DNA of 51,502 nucleotides from Escherichia coli (GTDB lineage Bacteria; Pseudomonadota; Gammaproteobacteria; Enterobacterales; Enterobacteriaceae): NCBI RefSeq assembly GCF_048403405.1, contig NZ_CP183133.1; one strand, 5' to 3'. Shown piece by piece: positions 41,387 to 51,502 of this stretch (position 1 is its first letter; each line of letters starts with the position of its first letter). The notes under the pieces were generated by a model. It saw only the letters and a program-made list of their open reading frames with translations, ran no database searches and was not told where the DNA came from. The position numbers and the translations under genes were made by a program.

Positions 41387-42334
41387 ATGTGCCAAAATTG
41401 TCTGGTGAAGACCATTCATCATGCTCAACATCATTTCGGCTGGGATAACAGCCTGAGCCCGGTCCTGCACGTAGCTTCCGGCAGCCAACTGGAGTTTCAC
41501 TGCCTGGATGCGGCTAACGGCTGGTTCAACGCCGGTTCTACCGCAGCGGATATCCCAACGCTGCCGTTTGATAAGCTCAACCCGGTCAGTGGCCCGGTCT
41601 ATGTGGAAGGCGCTCAGCCGGGCGATGCGCTAAAGGTGACGCTGGAATCCTTTCGTCCCAGCGGCTTTGGCTGGACTGCGAATATCCCGGGCTTCGGCCT
41701 GCTGGCCGATCAGTTTTCTGATCCGGCGCTGACGCTGTGGCAATATGACCGCCAGGGCTTAACCCCCTGCGCCTTTGGCCGATATGGCCGCGTACCGCTG
41801 AAACCCTTCGCCGGTACCCTCGGCGTCGCTCCCGCTGCCGCGGGCCATCATTCGGTGGTGCCGCCGCGCCGCGTGGGCGGCAATCTGGATATTCGCGATC
41901 TGGCCGCTGGCTGCACATTATGGCTACCGGTGGAAGTAGAAGGCGCGTTGTTTTCTATTGGTGACACCCACGCCGCGCAGGGCGATGGTGAAGTCTGCGG
42001 CACGGCGATTGAAAGCGCGATGGACGTGGTGGTGAAGCTGGAAGTGGTTAAAGATATGCCGCTGAAAACGCCGCGTTTCGCCACCCCTGGCCCAGTGACC
42101 CAACATCTGGATCGGCACGGCTACAGCGCCTTCACCGGCATTGGCCCTGACCTGATGACCGCCGCCCGCGACGCGGTAAGCTATACCATCGATGCGCTGT
42201 GCCGCGAACAAGGGATGTCGGCGGAAGAGGCCTATATGCTCTGCTCCGTGTGCGGCGATCTGCGCATCAGCGAAATCGTCGATCGGCCTAACTGGGTGGT
42301 GTCGTTCTATTTTCCCAACAGCGTGTTTAATTAG
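41387..42334 (+). CDS. Acetamidase/formamidase-family amidohydrolase
   Basis: 315 aa; …GGNLDIRDL…GDTHAAQGDGEVCGTAIE… is typical of the FmdA/AmdA family. Confidence 0.75.
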   Translation: MCQNCLVKTIHHAQHHFGWDNSLSPVLHVASGSQLEFHCLDAANGWFNAGSTAADIPTLPFDKLNPVSGPVYVEGAQPGDALKVTLESFRPSGFGWTANIPGFGLLADQFSDPALTLWQYDRQGLTPCAFGRYGRVPLKPFAGTLGVAPAAAGHHSVVPPRRVGGNLDIRDLAAGCTLWLPVEVEGALFSIGDTHAAQGDGEVCGTAIESAMDVVVKLEVVKDMPLKTPRFATPGPVTQHLDRHGYSAFTGIGPDLMTAARDAVSYTIDALCREQGMSAEEAYMLCSVCGDLRISEIVDRPNWVVSFYFPNSVFN

Positions 42335-42341
42335 GAGCGTT

Positions 42342-44075
42342 ATGTCAGCAGTCCTATTTCCGGCGCCGCTGCTCTCGGTCGAGCGCCTGTCGATCCAGTT
42401 TGGTACACAGCGGGTGGTGGATGACGTCAGCTTTGCGCTCTGGCCGGGAAAAACTCTGTGCATTGCCGGCGAGTCGGGCAGCGGTAAATCGCTGACTTCG
42501 CTGGCGATCATGGGTTTGCTTCCGGAGGAGGCACAGATTCCAGGCGGCGCGATTATTTTTGATAACCAGGATTTGCTCAGCCTGCCGGAGCGGCAAATGC
42601 AGTTGCTGCGCGGCAAGTCGGTTGCCATGATTTTTCAGGAACCGATGACCTCGCTCAATCCGCTGATGACGGTGGGCCAGCAGCTGGAAGAGACGCTGCA
42701 ACGCCACGAAGTGCTGGGCCGCCGTGAACGGCGCAGCCGGGTCAGCACGATGCTGGACGCGGTCAAAATCAGTCATGTGGAGAAGCGCCTGCAACAGTAT
42801 CCGCACGAGCTTTCCGGCGGTATGCGCCAGCGGGTGATGATCGCCATGGCAATGCTGTGCCAGCCACAGGTGCTGATTGCCGATGAGCCGACCACGGCCC
42901 TCGACGTCACTATTCAGGCGCAGATCCTCGAGTTGATGCGCGAACTGCAGCAGGCGTTTTCCACCAGCCTGCTGTTGATCACCCACGATATGGGAGTGGT
43001 GGCAGAAATGGCCGATGATGTGCTGGTCATGAGTCACGGCAAAATCATGGAGCAGGCTCCGGCAAAAACGCTGTTTACCTCGCCGCAGGCGGCTTATACC
43101 CGCCAGCTGTTGCAGGCGGTACCGGTGCTGGGCCAGGCGCCCGCGCTGGCGCCGGTCGAGGCGACGCGACCGTTGCTCAGCGTCCGCGACCTCAGCGTGC
43201 GCTTTCCGGTGCGCGGCGACGGCCTGCGCGTGCGTCGCGAAGTCCATGCCGTCGATGGCGTCAGCTTCGATCTTTTCCCCGGCGAGACGTTGGGCATCGT
43301 CGGTGAAAGCGGCTGCGGTAAATCGACGACGGCAAAAGCTCTGATGAATATGGTGCCATTTAGCGGCAGCGCGCAGCTTAACGGACAGGAGCTGCACGGC
43401 CTGAAGGACGAGGCGTTAAGAGCGGTACGCCGCGATTTGCAGATGGTGTTTCAGGATCCCTGGGCGGCGCTCAATCCGCGCAAAACTATTTTCGACCTGG
43501 TTGGGGAGCCGCTGCTGATTCATGAGCAGATGCCCGCAGTACAGCGCACGGAGCGGGTGGCGCAGCTATTGCAGCAGGTCGGCCTGCCAGCGGAAGCGAT
43601 GCGGCGTTATCCGCACCAGTTTTCCGGCGGCCAGCGCCAGCGCATTTGCATTGCCCGCGCGCTGGCGCTGAACCCGAAAGTGATCATCGCCGATGAATCG
43701 GTTTCCGCGCTGGATGTTTCAGTACAGGCGCAGGTGCTGACGCTGCTGGAAGATTTGCGTCAGCGCTATCGGCTCAGCTATCTGTTTATTTCCCATGATA
43801 TGGCGGTGGTGGAGCGCATCTGCCACCGGGTAGCGGTGATGTTTGGCGGCCAGCTCGTGGAGATCGGCCCACGAGATCGAGTGTTGCACCATCCGCAGCA
43901 TCCTTATACTCAGCACTTGCTCAGCGCCGTTCCTATACCTGACGTTCAGCAAAGACGGCAACCCCGAGCCACCAGCGCAATGCCGATAAGACCAGAACCG
44001 ATCAAACCCATCGGCTATCAGAGAGTACCGCAGCGCTTTACCGATTTTGGCGACGGGCACCTCGTCGCCTGCTGA
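42342..44075 (+). CDS. Fused tandem ABC transporter ATP-binding protein (DppD-DppF / GsiA-like)
   Basis: Two Walker A motifs ([20 protein letters not shown]) and two signature motifs ([16 protein letters not shown]); start at MSAVLF preceded by AGGAG. Confidence 0.85.
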   Translation: MSAVLFPAPLLSVERLSIQFGTQRVVDDVSFALWPGKTLCIAGESGSGKSLTSLAIMGLLPEEAQIPGGAIIFDNQDLLSLPERQMQLLRGKSVAMIFQEPMTSLNPLMTVGQQLEETLQRHEVLGRRERRSRVSTMLDAVKISHVEKRLQQYPHELSGGMRQRVMIAMAMLCQPQVLIADEPTTALDVTIQAQILELMRELQQAFSTSLLLITHDMGVVAEMADDVLVMSHGKIMEQAPAKTLFTSPQAAYTRQLLQAVPVLGQAPALAPVEATRPLLSVRDLSVRFPVRGDGLRVRREVHAVDGVSFDLFPGETLGIVGESGCGKSTTAKALMNMVPFSGSAQLNGQELHGLKDEALRAVRRDLQMVFQDPWAALNPRKTIFDLVGEPLLIHEQMPAVQRTERVAQLLQQVGLPAEAMRRYPHQFSGGQRQRICIARALALNPKVIIADESVSALDVSVQAQVLTLLEDLRQRYRLSYLFISHDMAVVERICHRVAVMFGGQLVEIGPRDRVLHHPQHPYTQHLLSAVPIPDVQQRRQPRATSAMPIRPEPIKPIGYQRVPQRFTDFGDGHLVAC

Positions 44076-44269
44076 ACAAAAAAGCATTCAAACCGGCGGA
44101 TTTCCGCCGGTGGCGACACTGTTGCTACACAACCCGACGAGAGGCCATTAAACTGGAAAAGTTAGCACATAGCAGGACATAGAGCCGGTCTAAAATGCCC
44201 TAAATGCAACGTACCGTATCTTTTATTGTTAGACAAAACCGGAGGTAAACATGCTTAAACCGTCTTCTC

Positions 44270-44720
44270 CCTAGTGGTGTGATCTCACCACGCGGGAATT
44301 CAGTAAACTGGATATGGCGAATATCGTCGCAGTACTACCTATTTGCGCCGTAGAACAACACGGACCTCATCTGCTGGTTCGGGTGTTTGCTGCCATTAAT
44401 GCCAGCATTATTGAGCGAGCTGCAGAATTACTGCCTGCCAATTTACCATGCTGGTGTTGGCCACTTTGCCTGTAGGTAAATCTGACGAACACCTAGCTTA
44501 CCCTGACACACTTTCGTTGCCATATGATGTTCTGGGGAAAGTGTGTTTTGAAATGGCTAAAAGCGCCTGGCGCACAGGTATTCGCAAGATCGTTTTCTGG
44601 AATTCACAAGGCGGCCAGCCCTAATTGATGGAAATGGTTTGTCGCCAGCTGCGCATTGAATTGGAGATGTTTGCCGTCGGTGCCAGCTGCTTCCGCCCCA
44701 AGACCTCCGAGGTGTAAGGC
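44270..44720 (+). pseudogene. Creatininase-family amidohydrolase, frameshifted/stop-containing remnant
   Basis: …VAVLPICAVEQHGPHL… and …IVFWNSQGGQP* interrupted by stops. Confidence 0.35.
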
Positions 44721-44858
44721 GCGTTGAATATCGGGAAGAACCGGCCCGAGGCTCGTAATGGGGGCGCGCAGATTCGCGCCAATCAGCACAATGCTGACGT
44801 ACAAGCCCCAGCGGGAAGTTGTCCTAGTGGGGTTGGAGGGGGAAAGCGCAGAAGACAC
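44700..44858 (-). pseudogene. MFS transporter (CynX-like) N-terminal fragment
   Basis: …YVSIVLIGANLRAPITSLGPVLPDIQRAL… then loss of similarity. Confidence 0.3.
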
Positions 44859-45064
44859 GGCAACCTCATAACATCAACGAGCCACAAGTGACGTAGCCCT
44901 AGTGATGCGTTGGTTGACGTTAACGCTTACGCGAGATTCGGAAGATAGGAGACGGATCCGTATATCACCACATCCCTTAAAACCCGGCGATCAAACCAGC
45001 GCCGGACCGGAGTGTCCTTGACTACACCTCGCCCGAAAGGGCGAGATAGCGGGGTAGAGCTAAC

Positions 45065-45188
45065 CAGGACAGGGGGCAAACGGGCAGAATTTATAGTCCG
45101 GTAACCGGCTACGTCGGGCTTTCGGCGCCATTTGACTCCACAGACGCATGTAACCTCATCTGGCGCCTCCATGCCGCAAAGCGGCATT
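45065..45188 (+). other. Conserved structured element, copy B (hairpin ATGCCGC-AAA-GCGGCAT)
   Basis: Homologous to copies A and C; contains TTGACT (45132-45137); lies upstream of the ORF at 45316. Confidence 0.35.
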
Positions 45189-45315
45189 CAGAAGACTGGC
45201 TGCGCACTGCTCGCCAGTCCGGACCTGATGTTCAGTTCAGGGGCTACGGTTCCGGATGAAACCCGCTTCCGGTTAAGATATATTCAGCTCCCAAAACAAA
45301 GGAAAAAACTCCCCA

Positions 45316-45675
45316 GTGAATCTGACAGAAAAATCAGCACATTTGGCGTGGTGCGCCTTGGTGGCGCTGGCGTTAGCCAGGCAAAACGGTGACGTTGTGT
45401 CACCGGTACAGGAAAATCTCTTTCTCACCCGCTGGCTGGCGACAGCACTGAAGCAACGTCGTTTTTCGCGTGACGTGGCCCCTGACATCGAGTGGCTTCT
45501 GAAACAGGGCCGACAGCTGGGCGTCAATGCTAAACTGGCCCGTAAGCTGAACTACCTCTGGCGTTCCAGCTCCGGGGAGTTGTCTGCGCAGAATGACCTG
45601 TTCCGGTTGACCCATGCTCTGGAAACGGCGAAAGATATGTGCTGGAACTACCGACTATGCAGTTACCCTGAATGA
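45316..45675 (+). CDS. Hypothetical protein (119 aa)
   Basis: GTG start; no recognisable domain; downstream of structured element B. Confidence 0.4.
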   Translation: MNLTEKSAHLAWCALVALALARQNGDVVSPVQENLFLTRWLATALKQRRFSRDVAPDIEWLLKQGRQLGVNAKLARKLNYLWRSSSGELSAQNDLFRLTHALETAKDMCWNYRLCSYPE

Positions 45676-45778
45676 CAGCATAAACGGCATTTATCTTTCA
45701 CGCTCCAGTCTCGATGCTGCTTTTGATGACGATGGTCGACAGATTAATCCTTTGATAGGGGTCCGCTTGGAAAACGGA

Positions 45779-47104
45779 ATCTATGGTCACTCCCGTTTTT
45801 GCAACACCGATTTTGACGACAAGTTGGCTTGCTTGAATCTATCCGGCGTCTGAATGGGATTTTATTCCCGCGCCTTGATGAGTTCCGCGCCTGATGAACC
45901 TCCAGAAAATATACGGCTTCAATGAGCCTTTCCGTTTTACAGGTTCCTCAACAGGCCGGTGGGCCGTTAGTATCATCAATATCAGTATTCGCAAAACCAG
46001 ATCAGTAATTCTTTAAACCGGTGTATTTCTGCCGTTATGCTACATAAGTTTGCTGTCGTGCCGTTAGGGCCCAGGCTATTCTGGCCAGCTTGTTTGCCAG
46101 AGCACAAGTGACGACAAAGTTGCTTTTCCGGCACAGTAAATCCCTGACCCAATCGGCCAATTTGCCAGACTGGTGTTCCAGTTTTTGTATGAATACCCTG
46201 GCACATTGAACCAACAAAGTTCGGATCTTTTTATTACCTCGCTTACTAATTCCCAGCAATGTCGTCCTACCTCCCGTGCTGTACTGCCGAGGTACAAGCC
46301 CTGTTGCCGCCGCAAAGTCACGGCTGCTGGCGTACTGCTTCCCGTCGCCAATCTCAGTTGAAATAGTACTCGCTGTCAGTGTTCCGACGCAGGGAATGCT
46401 CAGCAAGCGCTGTCCAACCTCATCTTCGTCCAACTTTCGTTTCAACTGGGATTCCAAATCTTTAATCTGCTCAACAAGATAGTGATAATGCTGTTGTAAT
46501 TTCAGCAATAACTGGCTGAGGTAAAGAGGCAAACTATTATCCTCAAGAATGGTACTCAGTCGGCTAATAACGGCAGCTCCTCGGGGAACGCTAATGCCAA
46601 ATTCCAGCAGAAAAGCATGCATTTGATTGGTTGTTTTTACCTTATCCTGAACCAGGGATTCACGGACACGATGCAGAGCCCGCATTGCCTGCTGAGATTC
46701 CGTTCTGGGCTGCACAAAACGCATAGACGGACGCGATGCAGCTTCACAAATAGCTTCGGCGTCGACAAAGTCGTTTTTATTGCTTTTAACGAACGGGCGG
46801 ACAAATTGTGGTGATATCAGCTTTGGGGAATGCCCCAACTCTTCCAACTTGCGTGCCATAAAGTGAGAACCGCCACAGGCTTCCATTGCGATGGTTGTAG
46901 CGGGGCATGTCGCCAAAAATTCGATCAACTTTGGCCGGGTAAATTTTTTACGGTAAACAGCCTTCCCGCGACGATCCTGGCAATGAATATGGAAAGAGTT
47001 TTTACCCAGATCGATACCAATGAGCGCAATGTTTTCCATGATAGTTCTCCGAATGAAAGCCTGTCCTCAGCATAGTACCGGGAAGGAGGGAGTGACCATC
47101 TCAT
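45779..47104 (-). mobile_element. IS1111/IS110-family element (IS5075/IS4321-like), copy 2, inverted relative to copy 1
   Basis: Flanked by IR halves GGGGTCCGCTTGGAAAACGGAA (45757-45778) and TAAATATCCTACGTTAAG (47105-47122). Confidence 0.75.
46035..47039 (-). CDS. IS110-family transposase (334 aa)
   Basis: Identical protein to the copy at 24876..25880. Confidence 0.85.
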   Translation of the reverse strand: MENIALIGIDLGKNSFHIHCQDRRGKAVYRKKFTRPKLIEFLATCPATTIAMEACGGSHFMARKLEELGHSPKLISPQFVRPFVKSNKNDFVDAEAICEAASRPSMRFVQPRTESQQAMRALHRVRESLVQDKVKTTNQMHAFLLEFGISVPRGAAVISRLSTILEDNSLPLYLSQLLLKLQQHYHYLVEQIKDLESQLKRKLDEDEVGQRLLSIPCVGTLTASTISTEIGDGKQYASSRDFAAATGLVPRQYSTGGRTTLLGISKRGNKKIRTLLVQCARVFIQKLEHQSGKLADWVRDLLCRKSNFVVTCALANKLARIAWALTARQQTYVA

Positions 47105-47280
47105 TAAATATCCTACGTTAAGCCTGTTTTTTGAGCTGGCATGACGGGCAGTTGTGAGCGATAAGCAGACCTTCATTAAGCAAACGGAGGTTGATATTTT
47201 CCTGTTGAGGAAAAGTGCTTATCACTACTCATACTAAATTTTAGCCTTAGCGCATTTGGCTAAGAATGATACGGTCAAAC

Positions 47281-48336
47281 GGCTTTGTTGAATAAATCGA
47301 ACTTTTGCTGAGTTGAAGGATCAGATCACGCATCCTCCCGACAACACAGACCGTTCCGTGGCAAAGCAAAAGTTCAAAATCACCAACTGGCCCACCTACA
47401 ACAAAGCCCTCATCAACCGTGGCTCCCTCACTTTCTGGCTGGACGATGAAGCGATTCATGCCTGGTATGAGTCGGCAACGCCTTCATCACGGGGAAGACC
47501 TCAGCGCTATTCTGACCTTGCCATCACCACCGTCCTGATGATTAAACGCCTGTTCCGGCTGACCCTGCGGGCTGCGCAGGGTTTTATTGATTCCATTTTT
47601 GCCCTGATGAACGTTCCGTTGCGCTGCCCGGATTACAGCAGTGTCAGCAAGCGGGCAAAGTCGGTTAATGTCTGTTTCAAAACACCCACCCGGGGTGAAA
47701 TCGCACACCTGGTGATTGATTCCACCGGGCTGAAGGTTTTTGGTGAAGGCAAATGGAAAGTCAAAAATCACGGCAAAGAGCGCCGTCGTACCTGGCGGAA
47801 GCTGCATCTGGCCGTTGACAGCAGAACACATGAAGTCATCTGCGCGGACCTGTCTCTGAACAACGTCACGGACTCAGAAGCTTTCCCGGGTCTTATCCGG
47901 CAGACACACAGAAAAATCAGGGCAGCCGCAGCAGACGGCGCTTACGACACCCGACTCTGTCACGATGAACTGCGGCGCAAGAAAATCAGTGCCCTCATCC
48001 CGCCCCGAAAAGGAGCGGGTTACTGGCCCGTAGAGTACGCAGACCGTAACCGTGCAGTAGCGAATCAGCGGCTGACCGGGAGTAATGCCCGGTGGAAATG
48101 GACAACAGATTACAACCGTCGCTCGATAGCGGAGACGGCCATGTACAGGGTAAAGCAACTGTTCGGAGGTTCACTGACGCTGTGTGATTACGATGGTCAG
48201 GTAGTAGAGGCTTTGGGCATGGTGCGTGCGCTGAATAAAATAACGAAGGCTGGTATGCCAGAAAGCGTGCGTATTGCCTGAAAACCCGGTCAGTTACAGA
48301 GTCACTCGTCCTGAAGCTGATTTATTCAACAAAGCC
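47281..48336 (+). mobile_element. IS903-group element, divergent copy 3
   Basis: IRs GGCTTTGTTGAATAAATC at 47281-47298 and inverted at 48319-48336; one subterminal region and several transposase residues differ from copies 1 and 2. Confidence 0.85.
47358..48281 (+). CDS. tnpA: IS903-group transposase (variant)
   Basis: [24 protein letters not shown]…; GTG start analogous to IS903. Confidence 0.85.
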   Translation: MAKQKFKITNWPTYNKALINRGSLTFWLDDEAIHAWYESATPSSRGRPQRYSDLAITTVLMIKRLFRLTLRAAQGFIDSIFALMNVPLRCPDYSSVSKRAKSVNVCFKTPTRGEIAHLVIDSTGLKVFGEGKWKVKNHGKERRRTWRKLHLAVDSRTHEVICADLSLNNVTDSEAFPGLIRQTHRKIRAAAADGAYDTRLCHDELRRKKISALIPPRKGAGYWPVEYADRNRAVANQRLTGSNARWKWTTDYNRRSIAETAMYRVKQLFGGSLTLCDYDGQVVEALGMVRALNKITKAGMPESVRIA

Positions 48337-48746
48337 TCAGATCACGCGTATTCTGGACAGCATTGCACTGTTCCGAGGCTATCCGGCGACGATAAGAACT
48401 GACCAGGGGCCGGAGTTCACTTGCCGCGCACTGGATCAATGGGCTTTTGAGCATGGTGTTGAGTTGCGCTTAATCCAGCCGGGCAAGCCAACGCAGAACG
48501 GATTTATTGAGAGCTTTAACGGACGATTTCGCGATGAATGCCTGAATGAGCACTGGTTCAGCGATATCGTTCACGCAAGGAAAATCATTAATGACTGGCG
48601 GCAGGATTATAACGAGTGTCGTCCACATTCAGCACTGAATTATCAGACGCCATCAGAGTTTGCAGCACGGTGGCGAAATGTAAAATGTGAAGGTAAACAA
48701 ACCGACCTTACTAACTGACGGTTGTATCTAATCCTGGGGCAGGTCA
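48337..48746 (+). mobile_element. IS3-family element, right part: 3' portion of orfB plus IRR
   Basis: …[71 protein letters not shown]…; right IR reverse complement TGACCTGCCCCAGG ends at 48746; overlaps the 3724-4626 copy by about 90 bp with 3 mismatches, so it is a second copy. Confidence 0.7.
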
Positions 48747-49250
48747 CTCGCTGTACGCTTACGGAAGAACTTCTCCGGGATGTGCTGTTTCAGGCGCGCC
48801 ACGATGTCCCTCTGCGTCAGCGTCTCTGTGGCCAGCTCGCCCGTGTTGTGGTCGTGGTAGCGAAAGCTCAGCGTGGCACTTCCGGCGTAGTGCGCCAGCC
48901 GGGAGCCCGCTATCGGCGGCTTTTTCAGGTAACGCCCCAGGTATTTCACGGTGTTTTTGCCACCGTCCGTCTTTTTTGACATGTAGACGTGCCAGTAGTC
49001 GCCTCCGGCCGTCAGTATCAGACTGCGCCATTGTGATTCGGTGGTGATATGTGACAGGGACAGCGGCAGGGCCACGCCTTCGAACCAGACGCTCAGCAGA
49101 AGCTGGCGGATATTCCACATCCAGCGGGCGCGCATGGCATCCTTACGGAAGCTGATTTTCTTCCACTTCCCGTGCTCATCGATACCGCCACAGGTGACGG
49201 AGACGTGGACATGAGGGTGCCAGTTCTGCCTGATAAAAATGTCAGGGCAG
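48728..49250 (-). pseudogene. IS91-family (rolling-circle) transposase, C-terminal fragment
   Basis: …QNWHPHVHVSVTCGGIDEHGKWKK… and …VKYLGRYLKKPPIAGSRL… motifs; 5' end missing. Confidence 0.55.
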
Positions 49251-49276
49251 GTCTGCGCGAATACGCCTCATTGTCG

Positions 49277-50197
49277 CTACATTTTCTCCCTGGCATATAG
49301 CGAATTTATTGCCAACGCTGCCGCTGCGGTGCGATTGTCCACACTCAGCTTTGGAAATACAATTTCAAGGTGTTTATTCACGGTTCTGGGGCTAAGGTTT
49401 AAAATATCGCCAATTTCGCGGTTTGTTTTTCCCCTGGCAATCCACAGGAGGACTTCGGCTTCTCGTTGCGTCAGCCCTAGGTTGTTTTTCAGGCGTTTCA
49501 CCGCTTCGACTTCTTCATGTCCTTTGATCTCTTCAATACGTAGCAAACTTTCTCCTTCAGCGGTCCGGCGTGAAAGATAGAATTTCAGAGCGATGCCTTG
49601 CGATGAAAGATCTAAGGGTATTTTTAAACCTTCCGTATTGTTCAGCCAACCGATGATCCGGTTTACTATTTTTTTATTGGGTTCATACCCGGTATCGCTG
49701 AAGTTTTTCATCAGTTGCCATGCATTGGGCGTGGCCCAGCGTAGTTGCCCCTCTTTGCTAAAAACACATAAGGTCTGGCCAACGGAATCCATCGCGCTAT
49801 AGGCACTGACCGTTAATTTTGAGTTCCGCAAGTGGGTACGCATTCTGACAACCAGCTCTTCCGTGCGTATCGGCTTAATTACGTAATCGACCACCCCGGC
49901 ATCAAATGCATCAACGATATTCTGCGTATCACTCAGGCCTGTCATGAAAATAATCGGGGTATGCCGCAGCCCCGGATTTTGCCGCAGGCGCTTACTGGTT
50001 GAAAACCCATCCAGATGCGGCATTACGGCATCAAGCAGAATGATATCCGGGGTTATCTGGCTGGTTATCGAAAGGGCTTGATTACCCTCCAGAGCGACCA
50101 GAACGGTAAAACCGGCTTCATCAAGCGTGTCATTCAACATACTTACCGTGTTGATATCATCATCGACGATAAGTACCGTCGGCTTTGCTATTGCCAT
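49277..50197 (-). CDS. Response regulator: REC domain, central domain of unknown function, C-terminal LuxR/GerE-type HTH
   Basis: Start MAIAKPTVLIVDDD with RBS GGAGAG; C-terminus …LTQREAEVLLWIARGKTNREIGDILNLSPRTVNKHLEIVFPKLSV…. Confidence 0.75.
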   Translation of the reverse strand: MAIAKPTVLIVDDDINTVSMLNDTLDEAGFTVLVALEGNQALSITSQITPDIILLDAVMPHLDGFSTSKRLRQNPGLRHTPIIFMTGLSDTQNIVDAFDAGVVDYVIKPIRTEELVVRMRTHLRNSKLTVSAYSAMDSVGQTLCVFSKEGQLRWATPNAWQLMKNFSDTGYEPNKKIVNRIIGWLNNTEGLKIPLDLSSQGIALKFYLSRRTAEGESLLRIEEIKGHEEVEAVKRLKNNLGLTQREAEVLLWIARGKTNREIGDILNLSPRTVNKHLEIVFPKLSVDNRTAAAALAINSLYAREKM

Positions 50198-51502
50198 TTT
50201 TCTCTCCCTCCGGGCGTTCAAGACTCTCGACTATCTCTTTGAATCGAAAGCGCCTCAGCAACTCGGCAAATTTTTCGCCCTCGGCTTTGCTGATCTGGTT
50301 AGCGGAAATATGTTTGTCCAGCAGTTCACGAAACCCTCTCACATAACCCAATCTGGCCATCTCTTTTAACGACTCAATCTGGACACGGGTAAGCTGCGAG
50401 CGTGGTTCATGTATTTCCGGCTGCTTTGGCGGCTGACATTCCGTGCGCCACTGGAGATGCAATATTTCACCGATGTTCTCCAGTAGTAAAGGGAAACGCA
50501 GCGGTTTAACCAGGTAGCGAACTTCCCCTTCGCCAGTGAAGTGGCGGCATTTACCCTCATCCGCTTCCGCAGAAATCATAATTACCGGCGCTAATTGTCC
50601 CTTATTACGTAACTGACGTAGCAGTTCCCACCCCGACATTTCAGGCATTGCAACATCCAGAAGAAGAAGGTCGATATGATTTTGCCGGGCTAAATGTAGC
50701 GCGACATGACCATTTTCGGCTGTTAGCAGCGTGAAGCCTATGGGCGTGAGTAAATCCATCATCAGCTGCCGATGGGATTCATCATCGTCAACTACCAGCA
50801 GGGTGTGTCGCTTGCCTGGATATCCGGTGATTACCGCAGGCTCGGCGGGTTGGTAGGCATCCCCGCTATAGCTTGGCAGCATCAGGGTGAGTTTAAACGT
50901 TGTGCCTTCGCCACGGATGCTTTCCACCTGGAGATCGCCACCCATGATATAAGTCAGAAGCCGGGTAATCGTCAGCCCAAGGCCCGTCCCGATCCGACGA
51001 CTATCGCCGGATACGCGTTCGAAAGGCTTAAAGATGCGTTCCAGGTTCTCAGGGGCGATGCCGATGCCGGTATCGTGAACCGAGAAAAACGCCACCTCGC
51101 TACGATACTGGAAATCGAGGGTTACACTGCCTCTGTCCGTGAATTTAACCGCATTAGAAAGCAGATTGATAAGAATTTGCCGGAGGCGTTTCTCATCCGT
51201 CATCACCGCCTCGGGCAGCCAGTGTGGGGCGTTGTAGTGAAATGTCAGTCCTTTATCGCTGGCCTGTTGTTCAAACATGGCGACCAGTTGCTGCACCAAA
51301 TCGCCAATGCGCACTTCTTCACGATATATTTCTAATTTTCCCGCTTCAATTTTCGAAATATCCAGTAATCCCTCAATTAGATTAGCCAGATGCTCGCCGC
51401 TTCTGCGCATAATACCGATACCGCGCTGCCGGGCTGGAGGGATATCATCAGCACGTTCGAGTAATTGCGCATAACCCAGCATCGCATTGAGCGGCGTTCT
51501 GA
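50160..51502 (-). CDS. Hybrid sensor histidine kinase (HisKA, HATPase_c, C-terminal REC), partial in the window; continues at 1..812
   Basis: Translation …LNAMLGYAQLLERADD…HDTGIGIAPENLERIFKPFERV…GTGLGLTITR…LLVVDDDESHRQLMMDLL…; frame runs off the window end. Confidence 0.75.
   Translation of the reverse strand, partial: RTPLNAMLGYAQLLERADDIPPARQRGIGIMRRSGEHLANLIEGLLDISKIEAGKLEIYREEVRIGDLVQQLVAMFEQQASDKGLTFHYNAPHWLPEAVMTDEKRLRQILINLLSNAVKFTDRGSVTLDFQYRSEVAFFSVHDTGIGIAPENLERIFKPFERVSGDSRRIGTGLGLTITRLLTYIMGGDLQVESIRGEGTTFKLTLMLPSYSGDAYQPAEPAVITGYPGKRHTLLVVDDDESHRQLMMDLLTPIGFTLLTAENGHVALHLARQNHIDLLLLDVAMPEMSGWELLRQLRNKGQLAPVIMISAEADEGKCRHFTGEGEVRYLVKPLRFPLLLENIGEILHLQWRTECQPPKQPEIHEPRSQLTRVQIESLKEMARLGYVRGFRELLDKHISANQISKAEGEKFAELLRRFRFKEIVESLERPEGEKNGNSKADGTYRR

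Overview
The window reads as a complete, circular, IncR-type plasmid-like mosaic of about 51.5 kb: a histidine-kinase ORF runs in frame off the window end (51502) into the window start (1). Everything below is from reading the sequence and the supplied ORF translations; no database search was run. Backbone (about 1.6-22.7 kb, bracketed by two inverted IS26 copies): a Rep_3-family initiator (repB) with an upstream operator/DnaA-box region and a downstream 36-bp iteron array; a second, IS1-truncated rep fragment with a 21-copy 37-bp array; a P1-type parA-parB-parS partition module; umuDC with a LexA-box-like site; a group II intron reverse transcriptase/maturase; resD; a vagCD (VapBC) toxin-antitoxin pair; and an uncharacterised two-gene operon. 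Accessory region (about 23.5 kb through the junction to 0.8 kb): the ferric-citrate operon fecIRABCDE; an AmiC-like/ANTAR-regulator operon with an ABC transporter and an acetamidase/formamidase; a hybrid sensor kinase plus REC-LuxR regulator; and many insertion sequences and fragments (IS26 x2, IS903-group x3 plus an IR remnant, IS1, IS1111/IS110-family IS5075-like x2 inside Tn3-family 38-bp IR-like sequences, two different truncated IS3-family copies, IS66, IS21-like and IS91-like fragments, and a 5'-truncated Tn3-family tnpA). Unexplained signals worth follow-up are a three-copy structured element family, the two long 36/37-bp tandem arrays, an 11-bp direct-repeat cluster with a small HTH gene, and the unknown two-gene operon.
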